A stretch of DNA of 64,000 bases, taken from contig MFEQ01000006.1 of NCBI GenBank assembly GCA_001777665.1, forward strand, positions 128,880 through 192,879. The letters run 5' to 3'. The translations under genes were made by a program, and so were the position numbers. Positions within the stretch are counted from its first letter, which is position 1. Every line of letters begins with the position of its first letter. The notes beneath the pieces were generated by a model that did no database searches, had not been told where the DNA came from, and saw only the letters and a program-made list of their open reading frames with translations. This stretch comes from Candidatus Doudnabacteria bacterium RIFCSPHIGHO2_02_FULL_42_25 (GTDB taxonomy: Bacteria; Patescibacteriota; Doudnabacteria; UBA920; O2-02-FULL-48-8). Positions 8,386 to 17,147 of this stretch are shown here, piece after piece.

Positions 8386-9441
8386 CTATTTTATCTTCCT
8401 CACAATCCCCTTATTTGCATCAACTTCAATAAAATCTCCATCTTTAAAAACTTTTGTAGCAATTTGTGTTCCAATTACACAAGGTTTCTTCATTTCACGA
8501 GCTGTAATCGCAGCATGAGATAAAATCCCACCTGCATCAGTTACAAATGCTGCCGCCTTATGCATGATCGGCAAAAACTCTGGTCTGGTCGCCCCTGTAA
8601 CCAGAATACTTCCTGGTTTAAAATCTTTAACTTTACTTGGATCTAATACAATTCTTACTTTTCCCGTAACTTTTCCCGGGAAGGCTATTGCCCCTTTAAG
8701 TTCTGATTTTTTCGAGGTTTGTTTTAGTAATCTTTCTATTTTAGAAATATCTGGACCAATTAGGAACTGAAACGAATCTTTTTCTCTTATTAAAACTGCT
8801 CCTGCGTCTCTTTTCTTCAGTTCGAGTTTGTTGGGTAATTTCCTTTTATTAAAATAATCATTTACTTCTTCTTTAATTAAACAAAGTAACAACTGATAAG
8901 AATACTTAGTTTCTTTACTCAGTAGTTTAACAAATCGAATCATAAAATCTTCTGTGCGGTTCAAAACTGGCTCAGCAGTTAGTCTGGCTTCTTGTAAACT
9001 TGGTAAATACTGTTTCAAGAGATCTGGATGCAAATAATCAACAACATACTTCACATTGATATGGGGATGATAGTATGCCAATACTCTTTTCCAAAATTCA
9101 TCATATAACGTTTTTGTAATTAGTCTGCCTTCGTATTGATCTATGAATTTCAAAATACCTTTAGCTTGAAATTTTAATTTATTCGCAATAACCTTAGCCT
9201 CCTTAGGATTCTTTACAATTCTTTGCGCTAGATAATTTCCCAATCGATCGCGATCAGATTGTCTCATCCATCCATTACTGCGCCCGTGAGATATAAAAAT
9301 GATTGATTGGGATTTGAATGGTTTTCCGCCAAACAAAAGTTCTTTGGTGTATTGTTGGATAAAATGCGTGCTCGTTAAAAAACTCCACCGACCATCGTAG
9401 ATTTTAGTCCAATCCTCGTGTTTAAACGATTTGATATTCAT
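8386..9441 (-). CDS. Variable N-domain + phospho-His swivel domain protein (short class)
   Basis: TDAGGILSHAAITAREMKKPCVIGT; start set at ATG 9441, 7 nt after a CATAAT. Confidence 0.9.
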   Translation of the reverse strand: MNIKSFKHEDWTKIYDGRWSFLTSTHFIQQYTKELLFGGKPFKSQSIIFISHGRSNGWMRQSDRDRLGNYLAQRIVKNPKEAKVIANKLKFQAKGILKFIDQYEGRLITKTLYDEFWKRVLAYYHPHINVKYVVDYLHPDLLKQYLPSLQEARLTAEPVLNRTEDFMIRFVKLLSKETKYSYQLLLCLIKEEVNDYFNKRKLPNKLELKKRDAGAVLIREKDSFQFLIGPDISKIERLLKQTSKKSELKGAIAFPGKVTGKVRIVLDPSKVKDFKPGSILVTGATRPEFLPIMHKAAAFVTDAGGILSHAAITAREMKKPCVIGTQIATKVFKDGDFIEVDANKGIVRKIK

Positions 9442-9448
9442 GCTACTA

Positions 9449-9499
9449 ATTATGCCAGATAGCGCTATTATTGACAAAAGCGCCAAATTGTGCTATTAT
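9449..9499. promoter_or_regulatory. Back-to-back promoters sharing one -35 box
   Basis: + strand TTGACA 9471-17bp-TATTAT 9494; - strand TTGTCA (9472-9477)-17bp-CATAAT (9449-9454). Confidence 0.65.
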
Positions 9500-9618
9500 G
9501 GATAGTTTATAATAGTTCTTTTTAAGGTATGAGTCTGTGTTTGGCTTTAATTTTTTAAAACTAGTCTCGGGCTCATACCAATAACTCACCTAACAGTTCA
9601 ACCTCGAATCAGGAGACG

Positions 9619-10233
9619 ATGATGAGAACAGTGACGTTTTATTGTATGCGGCATGGCCACCGACTCAAGGGTGGCGACGAACTCAGTAAACTGGGCTACA
9701 AGCAGGTCGAGGCATCGGCGAAGGAGCACCTCAGCGGCATCAACTTCGTCGCTACCTTCAGCAGTGGGATGCATCGAGCAAACCAAAGCGCGGCCCTGAT
9801 CCTCGGAGCGCTAGGAATTACTGAGCTGTATGTGCAGCGCGAAGAAGGTTTCAGCTTTGAATGGTTCTGGTCTGATCCTAACATGCCGAAGGTCGAGATG
9901 CTGAACTACGCGACGATCGGCGAGTACTTCGACAACATGTTTCCGCTGGCGTTTGCGACCAGAGGTCGCGTGATGCAGACGCTGTTGCATCTGGCGTCCA
10001 GCATCGTGGCCTGGTCCGGTGCCGACCGTGAAGGTCCTCTCAATGTTCTCGTCGTTTCCCATTCCCCGACGATCGACACGGCAGTACCGGAGCCGAAGGG
10101 CTTCCCGCGACTGAAGGAAGCAGACATCTGCGTCTATAACGTCTCCGTCGACGACCAGGGTCACTCAACCATCGAAAGCGCTCGCTACCTCTCGGCGCCG
10201 AAAGTCGAAGAGAACGATACAGCGAAGGTCTAG
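9619..10233 (+). CDS. Histidine phosphatase superfamily protein (GC-rich)
   Basis: MRHG, LSKLGYKQ, FSSGMHRANQSA, VVSHS; AGGAG RBS. Confidence 0.85.
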   Translation: MMRTVTFYCMRHGHRLKGGDELSKLGYKQVEASAKEHLSGINFVATFSSGMHRANQSAALILGALGITELYVQREEGFSFEWFWSDPNMPKVEMLNYATIGEYFDNMFPLAFATRGRVMQTLLHLASSIVAWSGADREGPLNVLVVSHSPTIDTAVPEPKGFPRLKEADICVYNVSVDDQGHSTIESARYLSAPKVEENDTAKV

Positions 10234-10270
10234 TCGAACGTGAGTCACACTCAAGGAGGGTGTGCGAATC

Positions 10271-10326
10271 AAAAAGGCGATCGGCCGAATTCCATTGTGG
10301 AATTCCCGCTCGCCTTTTGCTTTTGT
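10271..10326. terminator. Bidirectional terminator-like hairpin, cassette family copy 2
   Basis: aaaaggcga...tcgcctttt outer stem, gaattcca/tggaattc inner stem; 28 nt (10309-10336) identical to 6909-6936. Confidence 0.75.
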
Positions 10327-11364
10327 CTAAATTTTTCTAACTGTGCCCTTATTCGCATCTACTTCTACCGAATCTCCGTCTTTTAGAACTCTAGTAGCAT
10401 ACTTAGTTCCTACTATACATGGTTTCTTCAACTCACGGGCAGAAATTGCAGCATGTGAAAGCATACCTCCCGCATCTGTTACAAAAGCGGCAGCTTTTCT
10501 CATTAGCGGCAAAAATTCTGGCCTCGTCATTCCGGTGACTAAAATATCTCCTTTTTTAAACCCTTTTGATTCTTTAGGATCAAGTATAACTAAAGCCTTA
10601 CCCTTTACTAATCCTGGAAATGCTGGTTGACCCTTTATCTCCTCTCCTGTTTTTTCTATGCTTTTTTCAAATTTATCTGAATCTCTGCCCACTTTAAGCT
10701 GAACTAATCCATTCCTGTAAATAATAGCGCACGACTTATATCTACTCGCCAATTCCTTTTTTGCTGGAAGGTTCCCAGTTTTCCAGTACTGATCAATCTC
10801 CTCACGCGTGACATATAAAACATGTTCTTTCTTGTAGCGAGTCTTTGTTGCGATTTGCTTTGCCATTAATTCCATGAATTTTTCTGTTTCGGCAAAAACA
10901 GGTTCTGCATATAACCGCGCCTTTTGAAGCTGCGGCAAGAATTCTTTATACTTAGCGGGAGGCAAACTATCAACAACCACCTTCACTACACGATGTGGGA
11001 CGCAGTACTCATAAAGATATTTAACAAATTTATTATAGTCTTCAGCATCTATAGTTTTCTTTCTTGAAGTGACATTGATAAAATTTAGAATCTGATCGGT
11101 TTTAGCAATTAAATCCTGGGTCCAATGCAGTAGTTGTCGTTTATTCGTTACAATTTTATCAGCCAAATACTGACTGAATTTTTTATAGTTACCCGCGTTG
11201 AGATAACAAGTACTGTAACCAGAATGAGAAATGAATATCGCTCTATCAAAACCATACCCCAAAGACTTTTTGAGTAGTTTAGTATATTGATAACCGAGAT
11301 GGGAGTTATTAAGTAATTTCCAATGCCCAGCCCAATGTTTTATCCATTCTTCTCGATTACTCAT
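10327..11364 (-). CDS. Variable N-domain + phospho-His swivel domain protein (short class)
   Basis: TDAGGMLSHAAISARELKKPCIVGT; N-domain resembles 8386 gene (KVVVDSL...LQKARLYAEPV). Confidence 0.9.
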   Translation of the reverse strand: MSNREEWIKHWAGHWKLLNNSHLGYQYTKLLKKSLGYGFDRAIFISHSGYSTCYLNAGNYKKFSQYLADKIVTNKRQLLHWTQDLIAKTDQILNFINVTSRKKTIDAEDYNKFVKYLYEYCVPHRVVKVVVDSLPPAKYKEFLPQLQKARLYAEPVFAETEKFMELMAKQIATKTRYKKEHVLYVTREEIDQYWKTGNLPAKKELASRYKSCAIIYRNGLVQLKVGRDSDKFEKSIEKTGEEIKGQPAFPGLVKGKALVILDPKESKGFKKGDILVTGMTRPEFLPLMRKAAAFVTDAGGMLSHAAISARELKKPCIVGTKYATRVLKDGDSVEVDANKGTVRKI

Positions 11365-11367
11365 TTT

Positions 11368-12246
11368 TTATGTCAGGTCTAATGCTTCTTTATCTTTAAT
11401 TATTTCATCAATCAATTCCGGAGTTAGCTCCCACTGTTGATCTTTATATTTCAAGACTATATCAGTGCCTGTTTCATCCCCAACCAAATCAAGACTAAAC
11501 CCTTCGCTGAATCCAAACCCATTTTTATCTGGTAAGGACTCTATAAATTTCATAACATCGTCTCGCCCCTTTGTCTTTTCGATGACTTTCATTAAAAAAC
11601 TTTCAGTGACCGTAGCATGAGAACCCAAAAATCGTTGTAATTCATTTTGAAATTTAAGATATTTATCTGGATTGTCAGCAACTAACCGCTGAAAGTTAGG
11701 TAAAATTTCTAAATATCTCCTTACTATCTCTGCAATTCCTGCCGCTTGTCTGCTATAACTGGTGGAGGAATGATCTTTAAGTTTTCGAACAAGATCGTCG
11801 CTTTCTTCTACAGCAAATAATAAATAATCTTTTTTATTTACATAATGATCCATAGCTGCATCTTTAAATTCACCCTCCCAAACAAAATTCAATCTTTCGT
11901 CTACCATGTCCTTTCTTCCAACTTTCACCGATCCGGCCACCAACTCTTTGATGTCTTCAAGAGTTGTATCTTCTCCGATTTCGGGTTGGTCAGCCAACAT
12001 CTGGCGCATCGCGGTTTCCACAGAACGTTCACGGGAGGATCCGAATGCCACAGCCACTTCAGGATTGGGATTTTTTTCTTTGCCTACTTCGGATGCATGT
12101 TTTCTTCCTTTTTCTGTTAAACGCACTGTGGTATCGGGTTGCCCTTCTGCAGCCTTAGCTTTATCATCATGCCTAAAAAATTCCAAATGAATCGAAGCTT
12201 TGGGTAATGACTCTCGACTTTCACGACCTAAATCTCTTGTTTCCAT
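11368..12246 (-). CDS. Histidine phosphatase superfamily protein, co-oriented within the array
   Basis: FFRHD, LTEKGRKHA, GSSRERSVETA, GSHATV. Confidence 0.75.
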   Translation of the reverse strand: METRDLGRESRESLPKASIHLEFFRHDDKAKAAEGQPDTTVRLTEKGRKHASEVGKEKNPNPEVAVAFGSSRERSVETAMRQMLADQPEIGEDTTLEDIKELVAGSVKVGRKDMVDERLNFVWEGEFKDAAMDHYVNKKDYLLFAVEESDDLVRKLKDHSSTSYSRQAAGIAEIVRRYLEILPNFQRLVADNPDKYLKFQNELQRFLGSHATVTESFLMKVIEKTKGRDDVMKFIESLPDKNGFGFSEGFSLDLVGDETGTDIVLKYKDQQWELTPELIDEIIKDKEALDLT

Positions 12247-12259
12247 ATATTTTTATTAA

Positions 12260-13744
12260 TTATCTTAATTTTCGCACAATTCCATTGTTCGCGTCCACCT
12301 CCACCATATCGCCATCTTTAAAAACTCGAGTTGCCACTTTAGTTCCTATAATGCAGGGAATTTTTAGTTCCCTTGAAATAATTGCAGCATGTGAGGTAAT
12401 TCCACCTTCATCGGTAACAATAGCCGAGGCCTTATTCATGGCGGAAATCATTTCTGGTCTAGTCATAGAAGCTATAATTATGTTTCCCTTTTTCATCTTT
12501 TTCATATCTTGAAAAGTAAGAATGACCTTTACTGTCCCTTTTGCGATACCAGTTGAAGCCACCATCCCGGAAATCTTTTCTAATGAATTCGAAGTTTTGG
12601 GATAAATTAACTTCTTTAATTTTTTAGCATCTGGTCCTTCATAAACAAAAATACCTGAACCACGAGTAGCCACTACTGCACTTGCTTGTTTGCGCTTTTT
12701 AATCAAAACTTTCAATTTTACTTTATCGAGAGATATTAATTGAGGTAATTCATCAATATAGGTATATTTCATCTCCTCAAAAGAAATTTTTAAACGAGAT
12801 GAATATTCTTTCATAAATAAACCGATTATATTGTTAGACATCATTGAGTACTTTTTTCTTTCGTCCTGCATATAAGCAAACGCTTCTACCACTCTTATTA
12901 AAGTCTTTGACCAGCTATCTAGCTTGAGCTTTTTAATTAGGTCTTTTTTCTTTGTACCACTCTTTCTAAGTTGATATTGAGTATTTTCAATTGCCACCTT
13001 AGCCTTTTGAAGAGTTAATTTATTCAGTTGTTGACCAAAGTAAGTCGCATCCAACCAAGGAATATATGCATAATTACTATGAATCCAAAAATATTTCTTA
13101 GAATGCTCTTTGAGTAGTGATTGTTTGAGTTTTGGGTCTGTTTTTTTTAATTTTATTTTTGCTAAGTCAAGGGCTTCTGCTTTAACAAAAGATAAGTTCA
13201 CCGGCTGGATAAGAATAGTATAAAGCTCTATAAAACGATTTTTGTAGCCAAGCGAAGAAATTACTTTATCAAAATGAGGAACCAAAAATTCCTCGGTTGT
13301 CATCGTAAATGGGTCCTGGATGGCTATTCCATAACTAAATTCTTCTCCGTAAGCATCATCAAATTTTTTGTAAAATTCAAATAATTCTTGATTTGAAAGC
13401 TTTTTTAAATCTATACGAATTACCCTCGCAATAACCCTATCTAAGATTATTACTTTCTCTTCCCAAATATCGACTAATTTGTCTAAATATTTAGGATTTG
13501 CCTTCAACTTTCTTATAAACAAATCTCTTATTCTAACCGAATCCTCATAACACCAACTCCATTCTCCATGTTCCTTACTATCAAAAAAATCCATAATTAC
13601 ATTATGGGAAGTACCAAAAAACTTACGAAACTCGAAAGCCGCTCTATGCACTGGATAGTGGAAATGTAAAACACCGTGATAACCTTTTCTAAACCAGTTT
13701 AGTTTGTTTAACCCATATTTCTTAACTAATTGTGCCGGCTTCAT
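12260..13744 (-). CDS. Variable N-domain + phospho-His swivel domain protein (long class)
   Basis: TDEGGITSHAAIISRELKIPCIIGT; HSKKYFWI and QDERK in N-domain. Confidence 0.9.
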   Translation of the reverse strand: MKPAQLVKKYGLNKLNWFRKGYHGVLHFHYPVHRAAFEFRKFFGTSHNVIMDFFDSKEHGEWSWCYEDSVRIRDLFIRKLKANPKYLDKLVDIWEEKVIILDRVIARVIRIDLKKLSNQELFEFYKKFDDAYGEEFSYGIAIQDPFTMTTEEFLVPHFDKVISSLGYKNRFIELYTILIQPVNLSFVKAEALDLAKIKLKKTDPKLKQSLLKEHSKKYFWIHSNYAYIPWLDATYFGQQLNKLTLQKAKVAIENTQYQLRKSGTKKKDLIKKLKLDSWSKTLIRVVEAFAYMQDERKKYSMMSNNIIGLFMKEYSSRLKISFEEMKYTYIDELPQLISLDKVKLKVLIKKRKQASAVVATRGSGIFVYEGPDAKKLKKLIYPKTSNSLEKISGMVASTGIAKGTVKVILTFQDMKKMKKGNIIIASMTRPEMISAMNKASAIVTDEGGITSHAAIISRELKIPCIIGTKVATRVFKDGDMVEVDANNGIVRKLR

Positions 13745-15138
13745 TTAATTTTCCTTACCATTCCTTTACTTGTATCTACTTCGATCCTGTCACCATTTTT
13801 AAAAATTGTGGTAGCAATTTTGGTTCCAACTATACATGGCACGCCTAGCTCTCTGGAAACTACCGCGGCATGGGACATTAATCCGCCAACGTCAGTAACA
13901 ATCGCTTTGGCTTTACGCATGAGTACAATATAATCCGGTTCAGTCATGGTAGTAATAAGAACTTCACCAGCTTTCATTTTTTCAGGATTACGAGCTGATA
14001 ACATAATTCTGGCCCGACCTATCACTAAAGGTCCTCGGCTGACGGTAATTCCTGTGACACTACCCTGATTCACGTTATTTCGAGTTTGATACTTTTTGGC
14101 GATTTTCGCTGCTGCTCTACCGGTCAGAATCTTGTATTCTTTATTCTTCATCGAGATAACACAAAGTTTTTTTCTCTGATTTATTTCATCATTAGAAAGT
14201 TTTTTTCCAGTGGTATCCAGATCCACCCATTCTTCAGCAGTGTAATATTGTAAATCATTAAGAGATATTCGATATTTTCGGCTAGTCAGCCGAAGCAAGT
14301 TATCAATCTTGTAAAGCGTTCGCCAAACTTCCGCCTTACGATCATCCTGCCACCAGATAGAAAAAGATAAAATCTCTGCCTGATTGATCACAGATTTAGG
14401 TAACTTAAATTTCTTAATAATGTCAGCTTTTCTTTTCTTAACACTCTTTATGTAATTTTCAATTTTTTGTATTTCGAATTTTAACCGTTTTTTATTCAGG
14501 CCTTTCAATCTCTGATAAAAGTCATTTCTAGTCAGTCTTCTGGTTTCGTAATAACTATTTTCAATCCATCCCCAGTTTTGACTATGTTTTTCTAATAATG
14601 TCGTCAGACTTTTTTTATTTCTGGCTCTTAGTCCAGCTTTAAATAATTCTAAATCTGATTCCTGATGGAAGCTCGGTCGATCCAAAGCTAAGAGCGCTTC
14701 CAATACTTCATCCAAATTGTTTTTCGGAACAAATTTACGGATTTGATTTCTTAGAAATACTGGAGCGCTATAATTGGCAGTTTCTGGGATTAATGCAATA
14801 TTCCAAAATTGTATGAATTTATCATAAAGTTCCTTAACAGATTCAGATTGGAACTGATTTAATTCTTTTTTTGCTTTCATATAAACTTTCCAAACTTGTC
14901 TTCTTATCTGTGCAGGTAACAGCCATCTTTTAATAATCTGCAATCCGTGACGTTCGACAGCTACTTTATCCCAACGATAAGTTAATCGATCATGATCTAA
15001 TATTCCAAAGGTCCCTGGCCAAAAAATATCATAAGAGTTCAATTTTCCTGCCCAAGGCAATATAAAAAAAGAATGATACAAAATCTTTGAATCAATCGGC
15101 CCCCACTGTTCCAGTTCTTTCGAAATTGCTCTACTCAT
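13741..15138 (-). CDS. Variable N-domain + phospho-His swivel domain protein (long class)
   Basis: TDVGGLMSHAAVVSRELGVPCIVGT; HSQNWGWI, QDDRK; 4-nt overlap with next gene. Confidence 0.9.
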   Translation of the reverse strand: MSRAISKELEQWGPIDSKILYHSFFILPWAGKLNSYDIFWPGTFGILDHDRLTYRWDKVAVERHGLQIIKRWLLPAQIRRQVWKVYMKAKKELNQFQSESVKELYDKFIQFWNIALIPETANYSAPVFLRNQIRKFVPKNNLDEVLEALLALDRPSFHQESDLELFKAGLRARNKKSLTTLLEKHSQNWGWIENSYYETRRLTRNDFYQRLKGLNKKRLKFEIQKIENYIKSVKKRKADIIKKFKLPKSVINQAEILSFSIWWQDDRKAEVWRTLYKIDNLLRLTSRKYRISLNDLQYYTAEEWVDLDTTGKKLSNDEINQRKKLCVISMKNKEYKILTGRAAAKIAKKYQTRNNVNQGSVTGITVSRGPLVIGRARIMLSARNPEKMKAGEVLITTMTEPDYIVLMRKAKAIVTDVGGLMSHAAVVSRELGVPCIVGTKIATTIFKNGDRIEVDTSKGMVRKIK

Positions 15139-15141
15139 TAT

Positions 15142-16218
15142 TTATTTAATCTTTCTCACTATCCCCTTATTCGCATCTACTTCGACTCTGTCGCCGTCTT
15201 TTAAAAGCTTAGAAGCTAATTTGGTTCCAGTAATACAAGGTATTTTCAGCTCGCGGGAAACAATCGCTGCATGACACGTAATACCCCCTTCATCAGTAAT
15301 GACAGCTTTTGCTTTTTTCATTATCGGAACAAAAAAAGGATTGGTCATTACTGTGACTAAGATATTGCCAGGTTTGAAATTATTAATTTCTTCATTTTTC
15401 AAAATGATCGAAACTGTTCCTTTAATCGAAGCTGGCCCTCGAGATGAGACAGATCCTACAATTTGGTTATGGGTAGTGCCTTTTTCGGGCAAATATTCAA
15501 AACCTTTCTTTTTAAAGAAGGTTTCTCTGGAGACTCCGGTAAAAACTGCTTTGCCAAAAAATATATAACCTTTTAATCTTGAGTGAAGCTCTTTTCGATT
15601 AGGAGAGAATGTTTGATCCGTAAGCATTTTCTCCAATTCTTTGAATGTAATGAAAGCAGAATACTTTGTCGATAAATTTCTCTTTTGCAAAAGCTCATGT
15701 CCTATACTCCGCCAATATTCAACAAGCTCCTCAATGACTCCTTCAGAGACATGTCTTGCATGTATCAATCTTTTCAAAATTTCTTTGGCTTGTTTTGGAT
15801 ATTTCTTATGAATTTCTGGAGCCCATTGATCTTGGGGTAGTAAATAACTCGCAGTATACCACGGATACATTTCTGCGACATAAATTTTTAATTTTTTGAA
15901 CCTTCCATGATCTTTAAAATTTTTATCCTTGTTCGCATTTTGAAGTAACTTTCTAATTTGTTTCGTAAGAAAGATATATCTTTTAATTCTTTGCTCGCTT
16001 AGCACACTAAGTTTGGAGTTAGCCACAGCTTTTATAAACGCTTTGGACTCTTTCGTCAATCGATAAGTTTCTAGCAATCGTCCATTGTAAACCGAAAGTT
16101 GATTTGGAACACCAGTGCCAAAAACTTCAATAAGCCTAGGATTCATATGGACTGACCACCATTCTGCCCACGCTAGTGTAAAATCACGCGTCCAAGCTAA
16201 TTTAATTTCCTTTTTCAT
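15142..16218 (-). CDS. Variable N-domain + phospho-His swivel domain protein (short class)
   Basis: TDEGGITCHAAIVSRELKIPC; start set at ATG 16218, 6 nt after a CATAAT. Confidence 0.9.
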   Translation of the reverse strand: MKKEIKLAWTRDFTLAWAEWWSVHMNPRLIEVFGTGVPNQLSVYNGRLLETYRLTKESKAFIKAVANSKLSVLSEQRIKRYIFLTKQIRKLLQNANKDKNFKDHGRFKKLKIYVAEMYPWYTASYLLPQDQWAPEIHKKYPKQAKEILKRLIHARHVSEGVIEELVEYWRSIGHELLQKRNLSTKYSAFITFKELEKMLTDQTFSPNRKELHSRLKGYIFFGKAVFTGVSRETFFKKKGFEYLPEKGTTHNQIVGSVSSRGPASIKGTVSIILKNEEINNFKPGNILVTVMTNPFFVPIMKKAKAVITDEGGITCHAAIVSRELKIPCITGTKLASKLLKDGDRVEVDANKGIVRKIK

Positions 16219-16224
16219 GGTTTT

Positions 16225-16276
16225 ATTATGACAAATAACCCCACCTATTGACAAATTGGCTAAAATGGTGTACAAT
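16225..16276. promoter_or_regulatory. Back-to-back promoters sharing one -35 box
   Basis: + strand TTGACA 16248-17bp-TACAAT 16271; - strand TTGTCA (16249-16254)-18bp-CATAAT (16225-16230). Confidence 0.65.
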
Positions 16277-16453
16277 TGATCGTTATAATTAAGTATTTAT
16301 AAATGCCGCAAGGCGTGAATAAATCGATTGTAACTTGTGTACCTTACAATCTAATGGTATGGGTTTATGCCTCAAGTTCTCAAGAGGACTTTGGACACGA
16401 ACCCATACCAAGATCTCAACTACTCACGTTCCACTTTCGTTCTGGAGAGCGAC

Positions 16454-17047
16454 ATGAAAACTCTGACCTATCGGCGCCATTCTTTGAAGGATGGCCACTA
16501 CATCAGCAAGGCTGGCATCGAACTGGCTCGGGATGAAGCTGAGGTGTACGAGAGCAGGCCGGACGCCGTGGAATTCAGCTGCGTTTTCCACGGACCATTC
16601 GTTCGTACTGCTCAGACCGCCCTCGCCTTCTGCTGCGCACTGACAGTGACGCCGCCGGACGCAATGCCGATCATCGAAGAAATCGGCAACGACGCGATCG
16701 TCGCTCTCATCGTCAACGATGCATTCAAGGCTGCGGTCGCCAAGGGCGAGTCCAACTATCAGGCGACCGTCTCGTCCCACAGTGCAACGGAGCTCAGCGA
16801 CCTCTCACGGACGGCGATGGCAGCGGTGACCAAGATGTTCGATGCGATGAAAGACAAGAACGACGTCGGAATCGCGTTTGGTCACAGCCCGATCATCGAG
16901 CTGGCTGTATGCAACATGTCCGGCCTGCCCGACGGCTGGAATGAGCTCAATGAGATGGATGGGCTGGTCCTCGAACAGGATGACGCCGGTCAGATTCGCG
17001 TCGTGGAGCTCATCCGCGCGAACCGCGAGCAGCCGGCGACGGCGTAG
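16454..17047 (+). CDS. Histidine phosphatase superfamily protein (GC-rich)
   Basis: YRRHS, ISKAG, GPFVRTAQTA, FGHSP; GGAG RBS before ATG 16454. Confidence 0.75.
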   Translation: MKTLTYRRHSLKDGHYISKAGIELARDEAEVYESRPDAVEFSCVFHGPFVRTAQTALAFCCALTVTPPDAMPIIEEIGNDAIVALIVNDAFKAAVAKGESNYQATVSSHSATELSDLSRTAMAAVTKMFDAMKDKNDVGIAFGHSPIIELAVCNMSGLPDGWNELNEMDGLVLEQDDAGQIRVVELIRANREQPATA

Positions 17048-17078
17048 TAGAGATCACCCCCGTAAGGGGCACAACCGC

Positions 17079-17127
17079 AAAAGGCGGGCATTTCCAGGTC
17101 AATATGACTGGACTGCCCGCCTTTTTT
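17079..17127. terminator. Bidirectional terminator-like hairpin, cassette family copy 3
   Basis: aaaaggcgggca...tgcccgcctttt outer stem, tccaggtca/tgactgga inner stem. Confidence 0.75.
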
Positions 17128-17147
17128 CATTGTTATGTTTTTATCGT

